From Eledone cirrhosa (lineage: Eukaryota), in NCBI GenBank assembly GCA_964016885.1, contig OZ024740.1, positions 228,470,001-228,534,000 on the forward strand: a stretch of DNA of 64,000 nucleotides, written 5' to 3'. Within the stretch, counting starts at the first letter, position 1. Every line of letters starts with the position of its first letter. Below, in pieces: positions 13,598-25,000 of this stretch. The translations under genes were made by a program, and so were the position numbers. A model generated the notes under the pieces. That model searched no databases. It was not told the DNA's origin and saw only the letters and a list, made by a program, of their open reading frames with translations.

Positions 13598-15349
13598 ATG
13601 TTTATCGATATCGTTGATAACGATATCGTCGAAAACGATATCGCCATAGTGGAAGCGAACGCCACGCCGACCAAAAAAACAAGCGGGAAAGAGGGAACAA
13701 CAGTTCAAACTGTTGAACAACCCCTCCTCTCCAATGAAAAAAAGAATTTCAATTCAAATGGAAAAATTAATTTTGAAGAAAAAAATAGCACCACAAATAA
13801 GGAAACCAACAACATTACAACAACAAACAAAGACAAAATTTCTTTTGCCCAAACACTTAGGAGAGCCACGGAATACAAAGCCATTGACATCACGAACGCC
13901 AAGGAAAATTTGCTAGAGGCTAGAAAATACGTATCTTTTGGGGAGGATGGTTCTTTTACGATCAACTCCCCAGAAGAAGTGCGTGAACAGATTTACAAGA
14001 ATACCGTAAGCTACAGAACCATAACCAACGAAACGAGAAAGCCAGCGCAATTGACCGAAAGTCAAATCGAGCTGGTTCTGAAAGAAATTAAAAATGACAT
14101 ACTCTTTATTCAAAGAGGAAAGCTGTATGCCAGCATTATGGTCCGAATGAAGGACGAAATGCTGGCTCAGAAATATTCGGTGGCACCTATAGTGTCACCA
14201 CAATACACCTTCTTCCCCACATATAAAGGAAGAAGAACACAAAGGATAAGAATGTGGAGCCCTACGCCAGAAATTAACATCTGGTCCGTCCTAACTGGAT
14301 TTACCGACCTAGATAAGGACATACTAATTTCAGCAGGGGAGTCCACCAGTGGACTGTTCGGGGGGAAAAGTCTGGAGGTTCTCTTACAGATGACACCTGA
14401 GAGAATCTCCGGAATACCCGACCGAGTGCTACTGGATGGGCGAACCTACATAAATATCACAGTGGAAGGCAGGAGACCCTCATGTTACCACTGCGCTGGC
14501 AGAGGTCACCTGAGGACGGCCTGCCCTCTACTAACAACAAAAAAACCACTGCTACAAACACCACAAAAACAACAAAAACAACCAGCACCACCATCACAAA
14601 AACAACAAAATACACTACCATCACCACCAGAACAACAAAAACCAACAACACCACCACCACAACAACAACAACAACATCAACAACAGCTCAAGAAAACAAC
14701 CCAAAACACGGTCCCACCCAGCGCCACCCCACAGAACACAAATACAAAAACAGTTCATACACAACCCGGAGATATACCCCTCCCCTCCAATACGGAAGAG
14801 GAGCTCATATCGTCGGAAGACGAGGGGGCTCCCTTCCAAAAAGTGAAAAGAAAAAAACGTACACACACCACAACAACAAAAATAACCCCACCTGACAACA
14901 CAACACAGACAATAAAACGCAAACTCACTCAACAACAACAAGCAAAAACAAACACAACAACACAAAAACTCTACACATACATAAACAAAAACAATGAAAA
15001 CCTAACTTTAAAAATAGAAACCAACCCTTCGATACAAACCGAAGGGCCGAATTTCGTAACGGCATTGGGGCTCCCTAACCTGAAAATGGTGAAAATCCCA
15101 CTTGACATTTTTAAAACTTTAAAAGACATGTACCCTGAGGACGTGGGCCCACCCTGCACCAGGCCACTCAACCGCGTCCTCCTGAAAGGTTTTCCCCTCC
15201 CCTCCTCAAACACCCACACAACTCCAAAGATCCCAACCCCTCCACACACCAATACCCCCACACCACCACAAACCACCACCCCACCCATCAACCCCGCCAC
15301 CAGCCCCATGGAAACTGAGCGACCCGAACCCCGGGACGCAGAGAGGTAA
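13598..15349 (+). CDS. LINE ORF1 nucleic-acid-binding protein with CCHC zinc knuckle
   Basis: 583-aa ORF upstream of ORF2. Contains CYHCAGRGHLRTAC (CX2CX4HX4C), a basic KKRKKR-like patch and a P/T/Q-rich low-complexity C-terminal half. Confidence 0.88.
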   Translation: MFIDIVDNDIVENDIAIVEANATPTKKTSGKEGTTVQTVEQPLLSNEKKNFNSNGKINFEEKNSTTNKETNNITTTNKDKISFAQTLRRATEYKAIDITNAKENLLEARKYVSFGEDGSFTINSPEEVREQIYKNTVSYRTITNETRKPAQLTESQIELVLKEIKNDILFIQRGKLYASIMVRMKDEMLAQKYSVAPIVSPQYTFFPTYKGRRTQRIRMWSPTPEINIWSVLTGFTDLDKDILISAGESTSGLFGGKSLEVLLQMTPERISGIPDRVLLDGRTYINITVEGRRPSCYHCAGRGHLRTACPLLTTKKPLLQTPQKQQKQPAPPSQKQQNTLPSPPEQQKPTTPPPQQQQQHQQQLKKTTQNTVPPSATPQNTNTKTVHTQPGDIPLPSNTEEELISSEDEGAPFQKVKRKKRTHTTTTKITPPDNTTQTIKRKLTQQQQAKTNTTTQKLYTYINKNNENLTLKIETNPSIQTEGPNFVTALGLPNLKMVKIPLDIFKTLKDMYPEDVGPPCTRPLNRVLLKGFPLPSSNTHTTPKIPTPPHTNTPTPPQTTTPPINPATSPMETERPEPRDAER

Positions 15350-15372
15350 GTGCCTCTTTCTTTGCCACCAAC

Positions 15373-18300
15373 ATGGCTGTCTTAAGAGTGGGTTGTCTAA
15401 ATGCGCGTGGCCTGGGCTCACCTTGGAAGCAAGCTAAACTTCTAAGTGACCTCAGGTCACAATGTGTAAATGTGATGGTTATTTGCGAGGCCCGGATCAG
15501 CAGCATGCGACAGCTAACCCCCACCTTTGATGACTTTGAGATGCACGCATCTCTCTGTCAGCCCGGAGGTGGGGGTGGGGTTGTCGTTCTGCTGCAAAAA
15601 CATCTGGGTCTCGCTACACAGACGGTACACTTGGACCCGGAGGGTCGACTCGTGGTTCTGGACCTTGGCAATGGCGAAGGCGAAGCTTTTAGGCTTGTCG
15701 CCGTATACGCCCCTTTTGGGGCAATGCGGTCGGACTTCTTCCATCGTCTGGAGACTTTTCTAGGGACGTCCCGCTCCTTGCTTTTAGTGGGGGACTGGAA
15801 TGGTATCCTAGATGCACGTTGGGACTATGTAGGGGCATGTCCCGATAGAGGGGGGTGTAACAGCCTTAAGGGGTTAATCGGCCGATTCGACCTGGCCGAT
15901 AGATACCGACTAGATTTTCCGACTGTACCAACCTGGACCTGGTCAAATAACAGTGGTCAATCTAGATCGTACCTAGATAGGTTCTTAGTTAGAATTAAGG
16001 ATAGGGACTTTTTAAGTTGTCCAGAAATGCTCATGGTGGGCTATTCAGACCACAAGTTAGTGACCTGCGTAGTCCACCTTGATAGAACGCATAGGCAGGG
16101 GCCCGGTTACTGGAAGCTCAACTTGTCCTTACCGGCAAGTAGAGCTTACAGGGACCGGATTAGAACCTTAGTTAAGGAGCAGTTGACGGGCGCCATCGTC
16201 AACAACAGGTGGTGGGGCTCTCTAAAAAGAGAGATTAGAGTAGTTTCAATAGGAGTTAGTAAGGAGTTAGCCTCAGATAGAAATAGGAAGGAAAGGGAGT
16301 TGGTAGTTAATGTTGAAGAGGCAATGAGAAGCGGCAACGTGGCCAGAGTGCAAGCGTCGAGAACGGTCTTGAACCAGTTCTTCGACGCGAAACACGAAGG
16401 CTGCGTTGTCCGAAGCAAAATACGTGCTCTGGGAAACGAGGGGACCAAAGCTGTTAGCTGGGCCCGCGTGACAGAAGCGAAAAGTGGGATTAAATCCACT
16501 ATCCGGTCTTTGCGAGACCAGGATGGACGGCTGATCCTTGAACCTAAGCAAATGTGCGAGGCCTTTCAAAGGCACTTTGCCCAATTGTTCGGGAGGGGCG
16601 GGGAACCGGTTGGAGATGTGGATTTCGGTCCATACCTCGACGGTCTGCCGCGTCTTTCGGACAGGGAGGCGAGGTCCTGCGACGGGCCGATCTCAGCTGC
16701 TGAAATAGGGGACGTGCTGAGCCTATGCGGCAAACGCAAATCTCCAGGACTCGATGGTCTGCCCTACGAACTATATATTAATATGCCGGACTTGTTCCCC
16801 GATCTCCTCGAGGCGGTCTACTGCAACTGGCAACAGAACGGGAGAATTCCCTGTTCTGTGACCAAGGGCGTAGTCTCGCTAGTGAGGAAGGACGAGAACA
16901 AGGGGGATGACATTAGTAATTTTAGGCCCATAACTCTGCTAAATGCAGAGTTAAAGATTTTGGCGAAGGTGTTAGCGAAGAGGTTGGCGCTTGTCGTGGG
17001 GGGCCTGGTGGGAGATGCGCAGACATGCGCTATCCCGTCCAGGTCCATCCACGACAACCTCCACCTCATGCGATACATCATAGAGAGGGTTGGGAACGAA
17101 CCCGGCTTTGGTGGGGCCCTGATAAATTTAGATCAGTCTAAAGCGTTCGATAGGGTGGACCATGGTTACCTGGATGCGGTGCTAGCGGCGGCTGGGTTCG
17201 GACCCGTTTTCAGGGGCTGGATCACTGCCATGCACAGCAGCCGCATCTGCTCTAGAGTCAAGGTGAACGGCTACCTTTCGGAGCCGTTCGAAATCACCCG
17301 CTCCATCCGACAGGGGTGCCCTCTCTCCTCCCTTCTGTATGTATTGACTCTCGAGCCATTACTGCGGAAGTTGGAGTTGTTGCAGGGCATCCCTTTGGAA
17401 CCGGGATTGCGCAAAGCGGTGTCGGCCTACGCCGATGACGTAACAGTAATGGTGTCGACCGCCTCGGAAATCGAGGCGATCGGCACCTTACTAGAGGAGT
17501 ACGAAAGGTTGACAGGGGCTAAGCTGAACCGGGACAAGTCAGTCGCTTTGCAACTCGGCGAGTGGAGGGGCAAAGCGATGTCGTGCGACGGTATCGTCGG
17601 ACGGTGGACGGAGGGCCCGGTGAAGTTGCTTGGGGTCTGGTTCGGACCGGACCTCCAGGTGGAGAAAAACTGGGGTGAGGTGACGAATAGGGTGTTTGCA
17701 CTGACCCAGAAGTGGGCCGAGTGCAAACTATCCCTAAAAGGTCGGGCGGAGGTGGCGAACGCTTACATAGCGTCCGTCATCTATTACCGCTTGACTGTCG
17801 TGCCTTGCCCGGGTGAGATCCTCGCCAAAATGGAGCGCGCCCTCTTTTATTTCCTTTGGAAGAAGAGGTCTCCTCTAGTGAGGAGATCCATCTGCTGTCA
17901 ACACCCTTTGAAAGGAGGGCTGGGGATGCCGTGGCTAAAAATGCGTAAACACGCATTGAGGCTAAGGCACCTCCACGTATTCCTCACCGGTCAACCGGTG
18001 TGGGCCCCGTTTGTGAGGCGAGCCTTCCCGAGGCTCGTCTCGCTCACCGAGCTGCAGTCCTGGGTGAAGCAAAGACCGAGAAAACTGGGCGACTGGCACA
18101 CCGAGTGTGCCCAGGCGCTCACGGCTCTCTGGCAGGCGGACCCGGCTATCGACGGAGACTCCACCTCGTCATTCTATAGAGGGCTGGTGGTTAGCGGGTG
18201 CGACGACGCCCTCGGAGAAGCCCTAGGCATGGAGGAGGACGAACTGGCCAGTCTATTCGGTAGGACTTTCGGCCCGGGACCTATGGACAACTTCCAGAAG

Positions 18301-18810
18301 TCCTTGGCCTGGAAGTGCTACCGAGGGGCTCTGCCCGTTCGGGATAAGCTCTACAGACACGGGCGCCCGGGTAGGGACCCCTCGAAAAAGATCTGTCCCA
18401 GATGCGTGCGCGACGAGGAAACCGTCGCGCACGCATTGGTGCACTGCCCGGGCGTTGCCGATCTGTGGGGCTATGTTGAACAACTGCTGTCACGGGTGGG
18501 ACCAATTAGGTTGACCACCGAGTCCATTGTAACGATCAAGCCGCCTCCCCCCTTCAAAAATGAAGGAGAGGCGGTCTTCCTCTGTGTAATAGCCATGGTA
18601 AAAGAGGCTATATGGTGGACGCGTCTGAAAGGGCTGAGGTCGGACACCTTTCTCTCCGGCCAACAACTGGTCCTTTTCTTCCGATACCATTTCGGAAGAA
18701 GGATCAGGATGGAGAGAGAGGTGCTCCACTCCAGCCAGTTTTATGAAAGGTGGGTGAAAGTTGCGAGAATGGCCCGTGTGAATGGGCCTTCTCTCTACCT
18801 CAGCCTGTAG
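15373..18810 (+). CDS. LINE ORF2: AP-like endonuclease + reverse transcriptase + zinc finger (Tx1/L1 type)
   Basis: 1145 aa uninterrupted. APE motifs CLNARGL, VYAP, GDWN, YLDR, SDH. L1/Tx1 linker GYWKLN. RT motifs SPGLDGL, FRPITLLN, DQSKAFD, QGCPLS, YADD. C-terminal CPRC..H..C. Confidence 0.96.
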   Translation: MAVLRVGCLNARGLGSPWKQAKLLSDLRSQCVNVMVICEARISSMRQLTPTFDDFEMHASLCQPGGGGGVVVLLQKHLGLATQTVHLDPEGRLVVLDLGNGEGEAFRLVAVYAPFGAMRSDFFHRLETFLGTSRSLLLVGDWNGILDARWDYVGACPDRGGCNSLKGLIGRFDLADRYRLDFPTVPTWTWSNNSGQSRSYLDRFLVRIKDRDFLSCPEMLMVGYSDHKLVTCVVHLDRTHRQGPGYWKLNLSLPASRAYRDRIRTLVKEQLTGAIVNNRWWGSLKREIRVVSIGVSKELASDRNRKERELVVNVEEAMRSGNVARVQASRTVLNQFFDAKHEGCVVRSKIRALGNEGTKAVSWARVTEAKSGIKSTIRSLRDQDGRLILEPKQMCEAFQRHFAQLFGRGGEPVGDVDFGPYLDGLPRLSDREARSCDGPISAAEIGDVLSLCGKRKSPGLDGLPYELYINMPDLFPDLLEAVYCNWQQNGRIPCSVTKGVVSLVRKDENKGDDISNFRPITLLNAELKILAKVLAKRLALVVGGLVGDAQTCAIPSRSIHDNLHLMRYIIERVGNEPGFGGALINLDQSKAFDRVDHGYLDAVLAAAGFGPVFRGWITAMHSSRICSRVKVNGYLSEPFEITRSIRQGCPLSSLLYVLTLEPLLRKLELLQGIPLEPGLRKAVSAYADDVTVMVSTASEIEAIGTLLEEYERLTGAKLNRDKSVALQLGEWRGKAMSCDGIVGRWTEGPVKLLGVWFGPDLQVEKNWGEVTNRVFALTQKWAECKLSLKGRAEVANAYIASVIYYRLTVVPCPGEILAKMERALFYFLWKKRSPLVRRSICCQHPLKGGLGMPWLKMRKHALRLRHLHVFLTGQPVWAPFVRRAFPRLVSLTELQSWVKQRPRKLGDWHTECAQALTALWQADPAIDGDSTSSFYRGLVVSGCDDALGEALGMEEDELASLFGRTFGPGPMDNFQKSLAWKCYRGALPVRDKLYRHGRPGRDPSKKICPRCVRDEETVAHALVHCPGVADLWGYVEQLLSRVGPIRLTTESIVTIKPPPPFKNEGEAVFLCVIAMVKEAIWWTRLKGLRSDTFLSGQQLVLFFRYHFGRRIRMEREVLHSSQFYERWVKVARMARVNGPSLYLSL

Positions 18811-19032
18811 GTGGAACAGAAAGGAGGGAGCACCCTCTCTTTGTGCTCCCGTGGAGAAGGGTCGCACACTTTTTTCGGGGGTGTGTGTGACCCCAAAACG
18901 ATCCCTCCCTATTGAGGACCTTCTTGTTATTATTTTGTTTGTTATATTTTTCTTACTCGATTTTTATGTAAACTCCCCCCACCCATGTACATGTCCCTTT
19001 CTTTTGTGCCCTAGTGGCAAATAAACAGAAAT

Positions 19033-22000
19033 GTATCTGTGTCTGTGTGTCTGTGTGTCTGTGTATCTGTGTGTCTGTGTATCTGTGTATCTGTGTCTGT
19101 GTATCTGTGTGTCTGTGTGTCTGTGTATCTGTGTCTGTGTGTCTGTGTGTCTGTGTATCTGTGTGCCTGTGTGTCTGTGTATCTGTGTCTGTGTGTCTGT
19201 GTATCTGTGTATCTGTGTATCTGTGTGTCTGTGTGTCTGTGTATCTGTGTCTGTGTATCTGTGTATCTGTGTATCTGTGTCTGTGTATCTGTGTATCTGT
19301 GTATCTGTGTGTCTGTGTATCTGTGTGTCTGTGTATCTGTGTATCTGTGTATCTGTGTCTGTGTATCTGTGTATCTGTGTATCTGTGTATCTGTGTGTCT
19401 GTGTGTCTGTGTGACTGTGTCTGTGTGTCTGTGTATCTATGTGTCTGTGTCTGTGTATCTGTGTGTCTGTGTGTCTGTGTATCTGTGTATCTGTGTATCT
19501 GTGTCTGTGTATCTGTGTATCTGTGTGTCTGTGTATCTGTGTATCTGTGTCTGTGTCTGTGTATCTGTGTATCTGTGTATCTGTGTCTGTGTATCTGTGT
19601 ATCTGTGTATCTGTGTCTGTGTATCTGTGTGTCTGTGTGTCTGTGTATCTGTGTATCTGTGTCTGTGTATCTGTGTATCTGTGTGTCTGTGTATCTGTGT
19701 ATCTGTGTATCTGTGTATCTGTGTCTGTGTATCTGTGTATCTGTGTGTCTGTGTATCTGTGTATCTGTGTATCTGTGTCTGTGTCTGTGTGTCTGTGTAT
19801 CTGTGTGTCTGTGTGTCTGTGTATCTGTGTATCTGTGTGTCTGTGTGTCTGTGTATCTGTGTATCTGTGTCTGTGTATCTGTGTGTCTGTGTGTCTGTGT
19901 ATCTGTGTATCTGTGTATCTGTGTGTCTGTGTATCTGTGTCTGTGTCGGTGTGTCTGTGTATCTGTGTGTCTGTGTCTCTGTGTATCTGTGTGTCTGTGT
20001 ATCTGTGTGTCTGTGTATCTGTGTATCTGTGTATCTGTGTGTCTGTGTATCTGTGTGTCTGTATCTATGTGTCTGTGTGTCTGTGTATCTGTGTATCTGT
20101 GTATCTGTGTGTCTGTGTATCTGTGTGTCTGTGTGTCTGTGTATCTGTGTATCTGTGTCTGTGTGTCTGTGTATCTGTGTATCTGTGTGTCTGTGTGTCT
20201 GTGTATCTGTGTGTCTGTGTGTCTGTGTCTGTGTGTCTGTGTGTCTGTGTATCTGTATCTGTGTATCTGTGTGTCTGTGTATCTGTGTCTGTGTGTCTCT
20301 GTGTCTGTGTATCTGTGTCTGTGTATCTGTGTGTCTGTGTGTCTGTGTATCTGTGTGTCTGTGTGTCTGTGTATCTGTGTCTGTGTGTCTGTGTGTCTGT
20401 GTATCTGTGTATCTGTATCTGTGTATCTGTGTATCTGTGTGTCTGTGTATCTGTGTCTGTGTGTCTGTGTGTCTGTGTATCTGTGTGTCTGTGTGTCTGT
20501 GTATCTGTGTCTGTGTGTCTGTGTATCTGTGTATCTGTGTGTCTCTGTATCTGTGTGTCTGTGTGTCTGTGTATCTGTGTGTCTGTGTATCTGTGTGTCT
20601 GTGTATCTGTGTATCTGTGTGTCTGTGTGTCTGTGTATCTGTGTCTGTGTGTCTGTGTACCTGTGTATCTGTGTACCTGTGTATCTGTGTGTCTGTGTGT
20701 CTGTGTATCTGTGTCTGTGTGTCTGTGTGTCTGTGTATCTGTGTGTCTGTGTGACTGTGTCTGTGTGTCTGTGTATCTATGTGTCTGTGTATCTGTGTGT
20801 CTGTGTGTCTGTGTATCTGTGTATCTGTGTATCTGTGTCTGTGTATCTGTGTGTCTGTGTATCTGTGTATCTGTGTCTGTGTCTGTGTCTGTGTATCTGT
20901 GTATCTGTGTATCTGTGTATCTGTGTCTGTGTATCTGTGTATCTGTGTGTCTGTGTGTCTGTGTATCTGTGTCTGTGTATCTGTGTGTCTGTGTGTCTGT
21001 GTATCTGTGTATCTGTGTCTGTGTATCTGTGTATCTGTGTGTCTGTGTATCTGTGTATCTGTGTATCTGTGTATCTGTGTATCTGTGTGTCTGTGTATCT
21101 GTGTATCTGTGTATCTGTGTCTGTGTCTGTGTGTCTGTGTATCTGTGTGTCTGTGTGTCTGTGTATCTGTGTATCTGTGTATCTGTGTGTCTGTGTATCT
21201 GTGTATCTGTGTGTCTGTGTATCTGTGTATCTGTGTCTGTGTCTGTGTGTCTGTGTGTCTGTGTATCTGTGTGTCTGTGTGTCTGTGTATCTGTGTGTCT
21301 GTGTATCTGTGTGTCTGTGTATCTGTGTATCTGTGTATCTGTGTGTCTGTGTATCTGTGTGTCTGTGTGTCTGTGTATCTGTGTATCTATGTGTCTGTGT
21401 GTCTGTGTATCTGTGTATCTGTGTATCTGTGTGTCTGTGTATCTGTGTGTCTGTGTGTCTGTGTATCTGTGTATCTATGTGTCTGTGTGTCTGTGTATCT
21501 GTGTATCTGTGTATCTGTGTGTCTGTGTATCTGTGTGTCTGTGTGTCTGTGTCTGTGTGTCTGTGTGTCTGTGTATCTGTGTATATGTATCTGTGTATCT
21601 GTGTATCTGTGTGTCTGTGTATCTGTGTCTGTGTGTGTCTGTGTATCTGTGTCTGTGTATCTGTGTGTCTGTGTGTCTGTGTATCTGTGTGTCTGTGTGT
21701 CTGTGTATCTGTGTCTGTGTGTCTGTGTGTCTGTGTATCTGTGTATCTGTATCTGTGTATCTGTGTGTCTGTGTGTCTGTGTATCTGTGTCTGTGTGTCT
21801 GTGTATCTGTGTATCTGTATCTGTGTATCTGTGTGTCTGTGTATCTGTGTCTGTGTGTCTGTGTGTCTGTGTATCTGTGTGTCTGTGTGTCTGTGTATCT
21901 GTGTCTGTGTGTCTGTGTGTCTGTGTATCTGTGTATCTGTGTGTCTCTGTATCTGTGTGTCTGTGTGTCTGTGTATCTGTGTGTCTGTGTATCTGTGTAT

Positions 22001-25000
22001 CTGTGTCTGTGTATCTGTGTGTCTGTGTGTCTGTGTATCTGTGTCTGTGTGTCTGTGTACCTGTGTATCTGTGTGTCTGTGTGTCTGTGTATCTGTGTCT
22101 GTGTGTCTGTGTGTCTGTGTATCTGTGTATCTGTATCTGTGTATCTGTGTATCTGTGTGTCTGTGTATCTGTGTCTGTGTGTCTGTGTATCTGTGTATCT
22201 GTGTGTCTCTGTATCTGTGTGTCTGTGTGTCTGTGTATCTGTGTGTCTGTGTGTCTGTGTATCTGTGTATCTATGTGTCTGTGTGTCTGTGTATCTGTGT
22301 ATCTGTGTATCTGTGTGTCTGTGTATCTGTGTGTCTGTGTGTCTGTGTCTGTGTGTCTGTGTGTCTGTGTATCTGTGTATATGTATCTGTGTATCTGTGT
22401 ATCTGTGTGTCTGTGTATCTGTGTCTGTGTGTGTCTGTGTATCTGTGTCTGTGTATCTGTGTGTCTGTGTGTCTGTGTATCTGTGTCTGTGTGTCTGTGT
22501 ATCTGTGTATCTGTGTGTCTCTGTATCTGTGTGTCTGTGTGTCTGTGTATCTGTGTGTCTGTGTATCTGTGTGTCTGTGTATCTGTGTATCTGTGTGTCT
22601 GTGTGTCTGTGTATCTGTGTCTGTGTGTCTGTGTGTCTGTGTACCTGTGTATATGTGTACCTGTGTATCTGTGTGTCTGTGTGTCTGTGTATCTGTGTCT
22701 GTGTGTCTGTGTGTCTGTGTATCTGTGTGTCTGTGTGACTGTGTCTGTGTGTCTGTGTATCTATGTGTCTGTGTATCTGTGTGTCTGTGTGTCTGTGTAT
22801 CTGTGTATCTGTGTATCTGTGTCTGTGTATCTGTGTATCTGTGTGTCTGTGTATCTGTGTCTGTGTCTGTGTCTGTGTATCTGTGTATCTGTGTATCTGT
22901 GTCTGTGTATCTGTGTATCTGTGTATCTGTGTGTCTGTGTGTCTGTGTATCTGTGTCTGTGTATCTGTGTGTCTGTGTGTCTGTGTATCTGTGTATCTGT
23001 GTCTGTGTATCTGTGTATCTGTGTGTCTGTGTATCTGTGTATCTGTGTATCTGTGTATCTGTGTGTCTGTGTATCTGTGTATCTGTGTCTGTGTCTGTGT
23101 ATCTGTGTGTCTGTGTGTCTGTGTATCTGTGTATCTGTGTATCTGTGTGTCTGTGTATCTGTGTATCTGTGTGTCTGTGTATCTGTGTATCTGTGTCTGT
23201 GTCTGTGTGTCTGTGTATCTGTGTGTCTGTGTGTCTGTGTATCTGTGTGTCTGTGTATCTGTGTGTCTGTGTATCTGTGTATCTGTGTATCTGTGTGTCT
23301 GTGTATCTGTGTGTCTGTGTGTCTGTGTATCTGTGTATCTATGTGTCTGTGTGTCTGTGTATCTGTGTATCTGTGTATCTGTGTGTCTGTGTATCTGTGT
23401 GTCTGTGTATCTGTGTATCTATGTGTCTGTGTGTCTGTGTATCTGTGTATCTGTGTGTCTGTGTGTCTGTGTATCTGTGTGTCTGTGTGTCTGTGTCTGT
23501 GTGTCTGTGTGTCTGTGTGTCTGTGTATCTGTGTATCTGTATCTGTGTATCTGTGTGTCTGTGTATCTGTGTCTGTGTGTCTCTGTGTCTGTGTATCTGT
23601 GTCTGTGTATCTGTGTGTCTGTGTGTCTGTGTATCTGTGTGTCTGTGTGTCTGTGTATCTGTGTCTGTGTGTCTGTGTGTCTGTGTATCTGTGTATCTGT
23701 GTCTGTGTATCTGTGTCTGTGTGTCTGTGTATCTGTGTATCTGTATCTGTGTATCTGTGTATCTGTGTGTCTGTGTATCTGTGTCTGTGTGTCTGTGTGT
23801 CTGTGTATCTGTGTGTCTGTGTATCTGTGTCTGTGTGTCTGTGTATCTGTGTATCTGTGTGTCTCTGTATCTGTGTGTCTGTGTGTCTGTGTATCTGTGT
23901 GTCTGTGTATCTGTGTATCTGTGTCTGTGTATCTGTGTGTCTGTGTGTCTGTGTATCTGTGTCTGTGTGTCTGTGTACCTGTGTATCTGTGTGTCTGTGT
24001 GTCTGTGTATCTGTGTCTGTGTGTCTGTGTGTCTGTGTATCTGTGTCTGTGTGTCTGTGTATCTGTGTATCTGTGTCTGTGTCTGTGTGTCTGTGTATCT
24101 GTGTGTCTGTGTGTCTGTGTATCTGTGTCTGTGTCTGTGTGTCTGTATATCTGTGTATCTGTGTATCTGTGTGTCTGTGTATCTGTGTGTCTGTGTATCT
24201 GTGTATCTGTGTATCTGTGTCTGTGTCTGTGTCTGTGTGTCTGTGTGTCTGTGTATCTGTGTATCTGTGTCTGTGTATCTGTGTGTCTGTGTATCTGTGC
24301 ATCTGTGTCTGTGTATCTGTGTATCTGTGTCTGTGTATCTGTGTGTCTATGTGTCTGTGTATCTGTGTGTCTGTGTGTCTGTGTATCTCTGTGTCTGTGT
24401 CTATGTATCTGTGTGTCTGTGTGTCTGTGTATCTGTGTCTGTGTGTCTGTGTACCTGTGTATCTGTGTGTCTGTGTGTCTGTGTATCTGTGTCTGTGTGT
24501 CTGTGTGTCTGTGTATCTGTGTCTGTGTATCTGTGTATCTGTGTGTCTGTGTGTCTGTGTATCTGTGTATCTGTGTCTGTGTCTGTGTGTCTGTGTATCT
24601 GTGTGTCTGTGTGTCTGTGTGTCTGTGTATCTGTGTATCTGTGTATCTGTGTCTGTGTCTGTGTATCTGTGTGTCTGTGTGTCTGTGTGTCTGTGTATCT
24701 GTGTATCTGTGTATCTGTGTGTCTGTGTATCTGTGTATCTGTGTATCTGTGTCTGTGTGTCTGTGTATCTGTGTGTCTGTGTATCTGTGTGTCTGTGTGT
24801 CTGTGTATCTGTGTGTCTATGTGTCTGTGTATCTGTGTATCTGTGTCTGTGTATCTGTGTATCTGTGTGTCTGTGTATCTGTGTGTCTGTGTCTGTGTCT
24901 GTGTGTCTGTGTATCTCTGTGTCTGTGTATCTGTGTGTCTGTGTATCTGTGTATCTGTGTATCTGTGTCTGTGTCTGTGTCTGTCTATCTGTGTGTCTGT

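Larger units (their letters stand above)
13410..19032 (+). mobile_element. Full-length, apparently intact Tx1/L1-clade non-LTR retrotransposon (~5.6 kb), copy 2
   Basis: 5' UTR ~190 bp, ORF1, 23-bp spacer, ORF2, ~220-bp 3' UTR with AATAAA (19020-19025), no poly(A). Satellite on both sides. The 5' boundary is uncertain by a few bases because the end resembles the satellite. Confidence 0.93.
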
